Shown piece by piece: positions 55,960 to 64,000 of a stretch of 64,000 nucleotides of DNA. Within the stretch, counting starts at the first letter, position 1, and the number at the start of each line of letters is the position of its first letter. The notes under the pieces were generated by a model, which saw only the letters and a list, made by a program, of their open reading frames with translations, did not search any database and was not told where the DNA came from. The DNA is from Polyangiales bacterium (lineage in GTDB: Bacteria > Myxococcota_A > Polyangia > Polyangiales > Ga0077539). The stretch is taken from positions 992,001-1,056,000 of the forward strand of contig JBGARZ010000002.1 in NCBI GenBank assembly GCA_044229975.1, written 5' to 3'. The translations under genes and the position numbers were made by a program.

Positions 55960-58395
55960 ATGGTACGGTGGCCCACCATCGCGGCGATCGCCCTCGCCGC
56001 GCCCGCGGCCTTCGCGCAGCCACGCGTGGTGGCGCCGCGCATCCAGCACTTCGTGCAGGCGGAGTTTCCCGAGGCCGAGCGCCGCCCCGAGGGGGTGAAC
56101 ACCTCGGTGGTGTTGCAGCTCACCGTCGCCGCCGACGGAACGGTCACCGACGCCGTCGTCACCCAGTCGGGCGGCGCGGCCTTCGACCCCCTCGCCGTCG
56201 CCGCCGCGCGTCAGTTCACGTTCACGCCCGCGACCGTCAACGGGCAGCCCACCACCGTCCGCATCGTCTACCGCTACCGCTTCCGCTGGGACCCGCCGCC
56301 ACCCATTGCGCTGCCGCCGCCTCCCGTTCCGGCGGCCTCATCGGCCTCGCAGGTGCCGCCGCCGGCGCCCGAGCCACCGCGCGTGGGGACGTCGCCCGCG
56401 CCGCCCGACGCCGTCGGCGAGGTCGTGGTTCGCGCCTCACGTTTGCGCCGAGCGGTGGTGTCGACGGAGATCACCGCCGACGTCGCGCGCCGCCTCCCCG
56501 GAACGCAGGGCGACGTGCTGCGCGTCGTCGAGAACATGCCCGGCGTCGCGCGCGCCTCGGTGGGCTCGGGGCAGCTCGTGGTGTGGGGCGCGGCGCCCGA
56601 AGACACCCGGGTCTACGTGGATGGCGTGCCCGTTCCGCGGCTGTACCACGACGGCGGTCTGCGCTCGGTGCTGCCCTCGGACATGGTGCAGTCGGTGGAG
56701 CTCGTCCCCGGCGCGGCGGGCGCGGCGTGGGGGCGCGGCCTCGGCGGTCTCGTCGCAGCGACCACCCGCACCTTCGACGATCCCGGCGTTCACGGCGCGG
56801 TGGCGGCCGACCTCTATGACGCCTCGGCCAACCTGCGGGCCAACGTCGCGCGCAACCTCAACGCCGCCATCGCGGCGCGGCGCAGTCACCTGGCCGAGCT
56901 GCTCGACGCGACAGGTGAGCAGGTCTCGGCGCTCTTCCCGACGCCCCACTACTACGACGGTCAGGCGAGACTCACCTGGTCGCCCACGGGGCGCGATCGC
57001 CTGGAGCTCACCGGACTGCTCTCGTCCGACCGCACCGAGCGCCGCAACCCCTCGCTCGACCCTGCCGCCGAGAGCGAGGACAGCCGCGCGACGGCCTTCG
57101 AGCGGGTGTACCTCCGCTACCGCCACCAGACCGACGAGGGCGCGACGGTGCTGGTGACGCCGTGGTTCGGGCGCGACGCGCGCAGCCAGCTCCAGCGCGT
57201 CGGTGCGGTGCAGACCTCGCTCGACTCGACGGCGTGGGTGGGTGGCCTGCGCGCGAGCTGGCGACGCACGGTTCGCGGCTGGCTGACGGTGGAGGCCGGC
57301 CTCGACGCCGAGGTCTCCGCCACGACACTGCAACGTAGCGGCAGCATTGCGCTGCCCGCCCGTGAGGGAGACCGCCGCGTCTTCGGTCAGCCGCCGCCTG
57401 ACCAGATCGCGGCCGACGCCTGGAGCGTCACGCAGGTCGGCATCGCCCCCTACGTCGAGGCGGACCTCTCGCTCTTCCGCGGCGCGCTGCACATCCTGCC
57501 GGGACTTCGTGTGGACCCATACGTTCGCTCGGTGAGCCGACGATCGCCGCAGGAGGGCGACACGCCCGCGCAGGGGTTGTTCACGCAGGACTTCGCCGTC
57601 GAGCCGCGCCTCGCGCTGCGCTTCACGCCGCACACCCGGGTCACCTTCAAGGCGGCGCTCGGTCGGTTTCACCAGGCGCCGCAGGCCGACGACCTCTCCG
57701 CAGCCTTCGGAACACCGACGCTCACCAACTCCTCAGCCACCCACGCGCTGGTGGGCGCCGCGGTGCAGATCACCCGCACGCTCTCCGCAGAAGTCACCGG
57801 TTTCGGTGCGCTCACCGACTCCCTGGCCGTGCGCTCGCCGCTGCCCGCTCCGCTGCGGGCGCAGGCGCTGGTGTCGACGGGTGAAGGTCGCTCGTATGGC
57901 GTGCAGGTGCTCGTCCGCCAGGAGCTCGCGCGCGGCTTCGTCGGTTGGTTCAGTTACAGCCTGCTGCGGAGCGAACGGCGGAGTACGCCCGACGCCCGGT
58001 GGCGCCTCTCGGACTACGACCAGACGCATGTGTTGACGGCTCTCTTCTCGTACGACCTGGGTCGCGGATTCGAGGTGGGCCTGCGCTTCCGTTACGGAAC
58101 CGGGTCGCCGCGAACCCCCGTGGCGAGCGCGTGGTTCGACGCCCGTCGCGACCGCTGGGAGCCGGTCTTTGGCGCGCAGAACAGCATCCGCGTGTCGGAC
58201 TTCATCCAGCTCGACGCGCGCGTCGCGAAGCGCTTCACCATCGGACGCACCACGCTCGATCTCTCACTGGAAGTGCAGAACGTGACCAACCGGGCCAACG
58301 CCGAGGAGATCGTCTACGACCCGACCTTCACCCGGCACGGTTCCATCGCGGGGCTCCCTCTCCTGCCGGTGCTGGGGGCGCGATGGGCGCTCTGA
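55960..58395 (+). CDS. TonB-dependent receptor with N-terminal TonB_C domain
   Basis: Signal peptide; TonB_C ('FDPLAVAAARQFTFTPA'); plug 'LPGTQGDVLRVVENMPGVAR..YVDGVPVPRLYH'; barrel end 'QLDARV..VQNVTN..GARWAL'. GTG 55951 is an alternative start. Confidence 0.9.
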   Translation: MVRWPTIAAIALAAPAAFAQPRVVAPRIQHFVQAEFPEAERRPEGVNTSVVLQLTVAADGTVTDAVVTQSGGAAFDPLAVAAARQFTFTPATVNGQPTTVRIVYRYRFRWDPPPPIALPPPPVPAASSASQVPPPAPEPPRVGTSPAPPDAVGEVVVRASRLRRAVVSTEITADVARRLPGTQGDVLRVVENMPGVARASVGSGQLVVWGAAPEDTRVYVDGVPVPRLYHDGGLRSVLPSDMVQSVELVPGAAGAAWGRGLGGLVAATTRTFDDPGVHGAVAADLYDASANLRANVARNLNAAIAARRSHLAELLDATGEQVSALFPTPHYYDGQARLTWSPTGRDRLELTGLLSSDRTERRNPSLDPAAESEDSRATAFERVYLRYRHQTDEGATVLVTPWFGRDARSQLQRVGAVQTSLDSTAWVGGLRASWRRTVRGWLTVEAGLDAEVSATTLQRSGSIALPAREGDRRVFGQPPPDQIAADAWSVTQVGIAPYVEADLSLFRGALHILPGLRVDPYVRSVSRRSPQEGDTPAQGLFTQDFAVEPRLALRFTPHTRVTFKAALGRFHQAPQADDLSAAFGTPTLTNSSATHALVGAAVQITRTLSAEVTGFGALTDSLAVRSPLPAPLRAQALVSTGEGRSYGVQVLVRQELARGFVGWFSYSLLRSERRSTPDARWRLSDYDQTHVLTALFSYDLGRGFEVGLRFRYGTGSPRTPVASAWFDARRDRWEPVFGAQNSIRVSDFIQLDARVAKRFTIGRTTLDLSLEVQNVTNRANAEEIVYDPTFTRHGSIAGLPLLPVLGARWAL

Positions 58396-59396
58396 CCCGC
58401 CTCCTCCCGCTGCTCACTTTGGGGTGCGCCCCGGAGCTGGTCGACGACACGTCGCAGATCCGTTCGCTCCGGGTGCTCGCAGCGCGCGCCGAGCCGGCGG
58501 AGCCAGCACCTGGAGAGACCGTGCGACTGCGTGCGTTGGTGGTCTCGCCCGACGGTACTGTGACCGAACCATCGTTGCGGTGGTCGTTCTGCACGGCGCG
58601 CAGGGCGCTCGCGACGCCCGGTCCGGTGAGCCCGGCGTGCCTGGAGGAGAGCGACCCCGCACTGACGACACTGGGCACCGGCGCGCAGTCGCAAGGCACC
58701 CTCCCGATGGATGCCTGTCGCCTCTTCGGACCGGAGCCACCCGACGACCGGCAGGGGGCGGGCGGCCGTCCGGTGGACCCGGATGTCACGGGCGGGTTCT
58801 ACCTCCCGGTGCAGCTTCGGCTGACGGGGGCGGCGCCGTCGGTGTTCCAGACCCGCATCGGGTGCCGACCGGGGGGATTGTCGCAGTCCGAGGCGGCCGA
58901 GCTCACGCGGCGATCGAGACGCAACGAGAACCCCGCGGTGGCGACGCTGCGAGCGATCGTAGGGGGCCGCACCATCGACGTCGAAGAGGACGGCGCGGTG
59001 ACGGTCGCGCCCGGAGCGGCGGTGCGCTTCGAGGCGGCGTGGTCGGCGTGCCCGGACACGGCGAGTTGCGGCGACGGGGTGTGCAGCGACGGAGAAGACC
59101 GCGCGACCTGCGCAATGGACTGCACGACCCCGCGCGGCTGCACCGGGGCCGAGCGGTATGCGCGGTTTGACCTCGCGACGAGGACCGTCGTGGCGGCGCG
59201 GGAGGTGCTGCGTGCGAGCTGGTTTGCGACGAGCGGGGTGTTCGCGGCGCCGCGCACGGGCGGGGCGACCACGGACGGCGCGACCAACGAATGGACGGCG
59301 CCCGCAGCAGCAGGTGAGGTGCGGGCGTGGGTGGTGTTGCGTGACGATCGGGGCGGGGCGGACTGGCGCTCGCTGAGCGTGCGCGTCGGGATGTGA
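58383..59396 (+). CDS. Lipoprotein associated with the TonB-dependent receptor
   Basis: Lipobox 'TLGC'; 'LRVLAARAEPAE', 'SWFATSG', 'WVVLRDDRGG'; overlaps the receptor stop. Confidence 0.8.
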   Translation: MGALTRLLPLLTLGCAPELVDDTSQIRSLRVLAARAEPAEPAPGETVRLRALVVSPDGTVTEPSLRWSFCTARRALATPGPVSPACLEESDPALTTLGTGAQSQGTLPMDACRLFGPEPPDDRQGAGGRPVDPDVTGGFYLPVQLRLTGAAPSVFQTRIGCRPGGLSQSEAAELTRRSRRNENPAVATLRAIVGGRTIDVEEDGAVTVAPGAAVRFEAAWSACPDTASCGDGVCSDGEDRATCAMDCTTPRGCTGAERYARFDLATRTVVAAREVLRASWFATSGVFAAPRTGGATTDGATNEWTAPAAAGEVRAWVVLRDDRGGADWRSLSVRVGM

Positions 59397-59397
59397 G

Positions 59398-60873
59398 CTA
59401 CGCGCCGAGGGTGACCTCGGGGTGGAAGTTGCTGTGGCTCACGCCCGGCAGGCTGACACCCAGGCGTATCGTCGCGACGGGCCCCGCAGAGATGCGCTGC
59501 GCGTCGTGGATGACGACGTCCGTGTGGCCGGTGTCGCCGTCGATGACCCAGGTGAGCAGCCAGCCGTCGCCTTCGGTGGTCGAGCCCGGTCGCGCCGCAA
59601 AGGCCGGCGGCGAGCAGAGGCGGTTGGGCCCGGCGGTCCATCGATCGACGGAGCCGGTGTCGGCGTCGACGCGGACGACGCCGTGGAAGTGCCCGTAGAA
59701 GGCGCCCACAGGCTCGTCGCCGACCGCGTCGGGGGTCGGACCATAGAGGTAGCGATGGCGCTTGCCGCGGTACCGACGGTCGATGTCGAGCGCCTCGGTC
59801 GGAACGTCACCGAGGTCACGCGACTCGACCACCTTCACGCTCTCCGGGTCGATCACGTAGCGCACCAGCCGAGGCATCGACGCTGGCGTCGGGCCGGAGA
59901 GACCCAGCGCGGCGCGGCGTGTCTTCGACGCGATGGCGTACATCGGGAGCGGTCGCTCGTAGACGACACAATCGAGGACGAGGCGGTCGCCGTCGTCGAA
60001 GGCGTTGAGGCAGTGGAAGAGGATCGCGACCGTGCCGGGCGTCGGGACGCGAACCGAGCGCGAGGTGCCATCCCGCGCGACGAGGACCAGGGTCGGGTTT
60101 TCGCCTTCAGGAAACTGGAAGCTGTCGTAGACGGTCTTCGTTCCGAAAAGAGCTGGGAGGAGGGCGAGGCGCGCCGGGAGCTCGGCGACCACGTACCAAC
60201 GCGACGAGAACGCATGGCCGTGGAGGAGCACCGGTCCCGCGCCGAGCGTGACGTCCTCGGTGCGACGCACCTCGCGGTAGCTGGGGTCGAGCTCGATGAA
60301 GCGCACGCGGTCGATCTTGCCGGGCTTCTGGTGCTGCACGAAGGCGACGAGGTTGCCGCTCGCCGGGTCGACCCGCGGCATCGGCGACATGATGGTTCCC
60401 ATCGGGGCGGCGTTGTTCCAGCGCTCTTCGCCGACGGCGGCGAGGGTGCGCGGGTCGAGGGCGAAGTGTCCCGGATCGTTGCTGACGATCACCTTCGAAC
60501 CGAAGGCATAGACGTCGTGCGCGAGGTTGTTCCCGAGTTCGAGCTTGAAGGCATTGGCGAAGGTGCCTGGGAGGTTGGTGAAGGCGCGCCGCCGGGTCAT
60601 GCGACCGGCCGCGGATTCTTCCTTCCAGAGCGCCGAGTCGATCACGGAGGCGCGCAGGCGGACGGCGCCATCTTCAAAGGACAAGCCCGCGATGAGCGCG
60701 TGCCCGTCGAAGAAGTTGAGCGTGTCGCGCCCCACCTCGAAGATGCCCGGACCGTTGCGCAGGAGCGTTCCACGGAGCTCAGGCGGAACGGCGCCATCGA
60801 TGCGGGTGACCGCCAGCGAGTGGGCCTGCGGTCGACTGGTCATGAAGAGGTCGTAGACGGTGGGCGTGCTCAT
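59398..60873 (-). CDS. Carotenoid oxygenase (RPE65) family protein
   Basis: 'GAVPPELRGTLLRNGPG', 'FDG', 'FHCLNAFD', 'EGDGWLL', 'GPVA..P..SH'. Confidence 0.85.
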   Translation of the reverse strand: MSTPTVYDLFMTSRPQAHSLAVTRIDGAVPPELRGTLLRNGPGIFEVGRDTLNFFDGHALIAGLSFEDGAVRLRASVIDSALWKEESAAGRMTRRRAFTNLPGTFANAFKLELGNNLAHDVYAFGSKVIVSNDPGHFALDPRTLAAVGEERWNNAAPMGTIMSPMPRVDPASGNLVAFVQHQKPGKIDRVRFIELDPSYREVRRTEDVTLGAGPVLLHGHAFSSRWYVVAELPARLALLPALFGTKTVYDSFQFPEGENPTLVLVARDGTSRSVRVPTPGTVAILFHCLNAFDDGDRLVLDCVVYERPLPMYAIASKTRRAALGLSGPTPASMPRLVRYVIDPESVKVVESRDLGDVPTEALDIDRRYRGKRHRYLYGPTPDAVGDEPVGAFYGHFHGVVRVDADTGSVDRWTAGPNRLCSPPAFAARPGSTTEGDGWLLTWVIDGDTGHTDVVIHDAQRISAGPVATIRLGVSLPGVSHSNFHPEVTLGA

Positions 60874-60954
60874 CACGGCGCGACAGTACGTCGGTTCTTC
60901 GCGCTCGGATGAGCCCGATCGGGAGGGCGCGGGTTCGGTGCTATCGTCGGCGCC

Positions 60955-61779
60955 GTGCCGAACCTGCTCGATGCGGTGATCAGCTTCCCGGGGGCGCTGT
61001 ACTCGGTGCTCCTGGGGGTGGTGCTGCTCTATTGGATCTCCATGCTCCTCGGCGCGGTGGACCTCGACGTCCTGGGCGGCGCGGAGCACGGCGGCGCCGA
61101 CGGCGCGGCGGACGCGGCGATGCACGGCGACGGCGTCGCGGAGGGCCATGGCCACGACATCGACGGCGGTGACGTCGACGGCGGTGACGTCGATGGCGAC
61201 GTCGACAGCGACGGTGGCGTGCTGAGCGCCCTCGGCGCGGTGGGTCTGCGGAAGCTCCCGGCGACGGTGAGCATCAGCCTGCTGGTGATCTGGGGATGGC
61301 TCTTCAGCGTGCTCGGCGTGATGCTGCTGTCCGCTCCCGCCGCGCAGGTCATGCCGGGGTGGGCGTTTCGGGGATTGCTCTTCGTGGTGGCCTTCGTGGC
61401 GTCGCTGAAGCTCGCGGCCGTCACGGCGCGGCCCATCGCGCCGGTGTTCACGCCGAAGGGCGCGTCGCGGCGCGAGAGCCTCGTGGGCAAGACGGCGGAG
61501 GTCTCCACGGGGCGGCTCGACGCGAGCTTCGGCCAGGTGCTGGTCTCGGACGGCGGGGCGGGGCTCCTGCTCGACGCGCGACACGAGGGCGGCGACGCGC
61601 TGAAGCGCGGCGACCGCGTGGTGGTGACCGCGTGGGACGCCGACAAGAACGTGGTGCACGTCGAACCGCTCGACCGCTTTACAGCGCTCAGGGTGGAGAG
61701 CGCGGCGAAGGCGGATTCGACGGCGGAAGAGGGCGTTACGAAGACCGGCGACGCTCCTGGCAGGCGGGTGCTACGGTAG
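60955..61779 (+). CDS. YqiJ/DUF1449-like membrane protein with NfeD-type OB fold
   Basis: TM helices, His/Asp-rich loop, 'LVGKTAEV..FGQV..DGGAGLLL'; directly upstream of a flotillin gene. Confidence 0.8.
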   Translation: MPNLLDAVISFPGALYSVLLGVVLLYWISMLLGAVDLDVLGGAEHGGADGAADAAMHGDGVAEGHGHDIDGGDVDGGDVDGDVDSDGGVLSALGAVGLRKLPATVSISLLVIWGWLFSVLGVMLLSAPAAQVMPGWAFRGLLFVVAFVASLKLAAVTARPIAPVFTPKGASRRESLVGKTAEVSTGRLDASFGQVLVSDGGAGLLLDARHEGGDALKRGDRVVVTAWDADKNVVHVEPLDRFTALRVESAAKADSTAEEGVTKTGDAPGRRVLR

Positions 61780-61837
61780 CGCGCGACGGCGGGTTGCGGG
61801 TCGGTGTCTACCGGCGTCGCAGACAGAGGAGTGTTGA

Positions 61838-63634
61838 ATGGAGCAGTTGATTCCCATCCTGGTTGCGGTGGTCGCCCTCGTGCTGTTTGCGCTGGGGCTC
61901 TTCGCGTTGCTGGCTCGCTTCTATCGACAGGTCGATCAGGGCAAGGCCCTCATCGTCAACACGCTGAAGAGCGAGCCGCTGGTGACCTTCACGGGGGCGG
62001 TGGTCTATCCCATCATCCATCGCGCGGAGATCATGGACATCTCGGTGAAGACCATCGAGATCGACCGGCGCGGCAAGGAGGGGTTGATCTGCAAGGACAA
62101 CATCCGCGGTGACATCAAGGTCACGTTCTTCGTGCGGGTGAACAAGACCCATGAAGACGTGTTGAAGGTGGCGCAGTCCATCGGCTGTGCGCGCGCGAGC
62201 GACCAGGCGACGGTGGAGGGGCTCTTCGAGGCGAAGTTCGCCGAGGCGCTCAAGACCGTCGGCAAGCGGCTCAACTTCGAGGACCTCTACAAGGAGCGCG
62301 ATCACTTCAAGGACGCGATCATCGAGGTGATCGGCAAGGACCTGAACGGGTTCGTGATGGACGACTGCGCCATCGACTTCCTGGAGCAGACGCCCATCGA
62401 GTCGCTCGACCCCAACAACATCATGGACTCTGAGGGCATCCGGAAGATCACGGATCTCACGGTCATCCAGAACCTCAAGACCAACGAGCTCCGCCAGAAG
62501 GAGCGCATGGAGACCGGGTCGCAGAACCTCGCCGGCGACGAGGCCCTCTTCCGCTTCGAGCAGAAGCGCGCCGAGGCCGAGGCCAAGAAGAACAAGGAGG
62601 TCGCCATCTCGCAGGCGCGCGAGCAGAACGAGGCGGCGCGCATCGCCAACCAGGAGGCCAAGCTCACGCAGCTCGCCCACGAGAAGAACGCCGAGGAGAC
62701 CCTCGTGGCGCAGCAGGCCCGCGAGCGCGCCGTGCTCGTGGCGATGAAGAACAAGGAGCGTGAGATCGGCGTGGAGATCGAGCGCGTCGAGCGCGCGCGG
62801 CAGATGGAGGCGACCACCCGGGAGAACGACGTGATCGCCCAGCAGATCACGCGGCAGGGCGAGATCGAGCGGCAGAAGCGCGAGATCGCCGACGTGGTGC
62901 GAGCGCGCATCGCGGTGGACAAGACGGTCGCCGAGGAGGAGGAGCGCATCAAGGACGTGCGCGCCATCGCCGAGGCCAACCGGCAGCGCGAGACGATGAA
63001 GATCGCCGCGGAGGCCGAGGCGTCGCAGCTCACGACGCGGCAGGTGAAGGCGGCGGAGGCAGCCGAGGAGGTCGCCAAGGCGCAGGCGCGGCAGCGTCTG
63101 GTGCTGGCCGACGCCGACCTGGAGTCATCGGACAAGCAGTCGCGGGCGAAGGTTCGTCTGGCGGAGGGCATTCAAGCCGAGGCGTCGGCCGCGGGTCTCG
63201 CCGCGGCGCGGGTACGCGAGGCCGACGCGAAGGCGATGGAGCTGACGGGCGCGGCGGAGGCGAGCGCGATTCGCGCGAAGATGGGCGCCGAGGCGGCGGG
63301 CATCGGCGAGAAGGCCGAGGCGATGAAGGCGCTCGACAGCGTGAGCCGCGAGCACGAGGAGTTCCGGCTCAAGCTCGATCAGGAGAAGGTGATCCAGCTC
63401 GAAGCGATCCGCGCGCGCAAGGACGTCGCCGGGGTGCAGGCCGAGGTGCTCAAGGCCGCGTTCGAGCACGCGAAGATCAACATCGTGGGTGGTGATGGAG
63501 CGTTCTTCGAGCGCTTCATCCGCGCGGTGACGGTGGGCCAGTCCATCGACGGCGCGGTCGATCAGAGCGAGGTGCTGCGCGGGCTGATGACCCAGATGGG
63601 CACCGTGGCGGCCGAGGACGACTCGAAGGACTGA
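61838..63634 (+). CDS. SPFH/flotillin-family protein (YqiK-like)
   Basis: GAGGAG RBS; N-terminal TM, SPFH domain ('GLICKDNIRGDIKVTFFVRVN'), long Ala/Glu coiled coil. Confidence 0.9.
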   Translation: MEQLIPILVAVVALVLFALGLFALLARFYRQVDQGKALIVNTLKSEPLVTFTGAVVYPIIHRAEIMDISVKTIEIDRRGKEGLICKDNIRGDIKVTFFVRVNKTHEDVLKVAQSIGCARASDQATVEGLFEAKFAEALKTVGKRLNFEDLYKERDHFKDAIIEVIGKDLNGFVMDDCAIDFLEQTPIESLDPNNIMDSEGIRKITDLTVIQNLKTNELRQKERMETGSQNLAGDEALFRFEQKRAEAEAKKNKEVAISQAREQNEAARIANQEAKLTQLAHEKNAEETLVAQQARERAVLVAMKNKEREIGVEIERVERARQMEATTRENDVIAQQITRQGEIERQKREIADVVRARIAVDKTVAEEEERIKDVRAIAEANRQRETMKIAAEAEASQLTTRQVKAAEAAEEVAKAQARQRLVLADADLESSDKQSRAKVRLAEGIQAEASAAGLAAARVREADAKAMELTGAAEASAIRAKMGAEAAGIGEKAEAMKALDSVSREHEEFRLKLDQEKVIQLEAIRARKDVAGVQAEVLKAAFEHAKINIVGGDGAFFERFIRAVTVGQSIDGAVDQSEVLRGLMTQMGTVAAEDDSKD

Positions 63635-63640
63635 TCGAAC

Positions 63641-64000
63641 ATGGCCGACGCCTCGCCGGACGCACCCTCCCCCCACGCGCCGACGGGCGCGGCGGCCGCT
63701 GCCCCCACCACCACCAGCACGGACGAACTCGGAGGCAGCTACGAGGTCATCCGGCGACGTCTCCTGACCACCGCCGAGGCCCTCGCGACGAGGGCCGAGC
63801 AGCTCAACGCCCGCCGTAAAGAGGTCTTCGGCGGCAGCGAGCTCGCGCTCGTCGCGACCGAGCGCGTACGCACCGAGAACAACTGCCTCCCGCGCGACAT
63901 CGTGGCACTCGGCCCGCGATTGCTCGTGGGCTTCGACGTCTTCGTGGGGATGAAGTCCGAGGTGACGGTCCCCGATGTGTTCGCGCTGTACTCGGTGAAG
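63641..64000 (+). CDS. 'DNA repair ATPase' (DUF3686-like) N-terminus, runs off the right edge
   Basis: Hand translation: 'GGSYEVIRRRL..LNARRKEVFGG..ERVRTENNCLPRDIV..LLVGFDVFVG', the N-terminus recalled for the large ATPase that follows YqiJ/flotillin pairs. Confidence 0.75.
   Translation, partial: MADASPDAPSPHAPTGAAAAAPTTTSTDELGGSYEVIRRRLLTTAEALATRAEQLNARRKEVFGGSELALVATERVRTENNCLPRDIVALGPRLLVGFDVFVGMKSEVTVPDVFALYSVK

Noticed and set aside
61160..61215. 15-bp GACGGCGGTGACGTC repeats as a separate element
   Set aside because: In-frame low-complexity DGGDV loop of the YqiJ-like protein.

Overview
High-GC bacterial chromosome segment. The gene content (Cys-rich repeat lipoproteins, vWA, IgGFc-binding and IPT/TIG lipoproteins, a TonB-fused receptor) points to Myxococcota, probably Polyangiales-like (inference). 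Most of the window is housekeeping and envelope genes: TolC, DEAD-box helicase, HD-GYP regulator, UGPase, Lgt, MgtE, GMC oxidoreductase, and a flotillin/ATPase operon at the right edge. The main finding is an accessory island at about 37.2-42.4 kb. A 43-bp tandem repeat precedes an EEP-nuclease/small-partner gene pair, and the nuclease is split by a 3650-bp mobile element (38240-41889). This element encodes two different DDE transposases, has no real terminal inverted repeats, carries an 11-bp DIRECT repeat at its two ends, and is flanked by a 3-bp GCG duplication. Its target site mimics its own left end (GGTAGG at the same offset). Also seen: a shared 16-bp palindromic operator in front of a TauD-type dioxygenase and a PBP/porin/TonB-receptor uptake cluster, a 163-bp intergenic palindrome, a degenerate Hsp70-like/J-like fusion protein, and a carotenoid-oxygenase homologue with a His-to-Met change at an apparent iron ligand. 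No rRNA, tRNA or CRISPR array was recognised. All family assignments come from motif recognition by eye, not from database searches.
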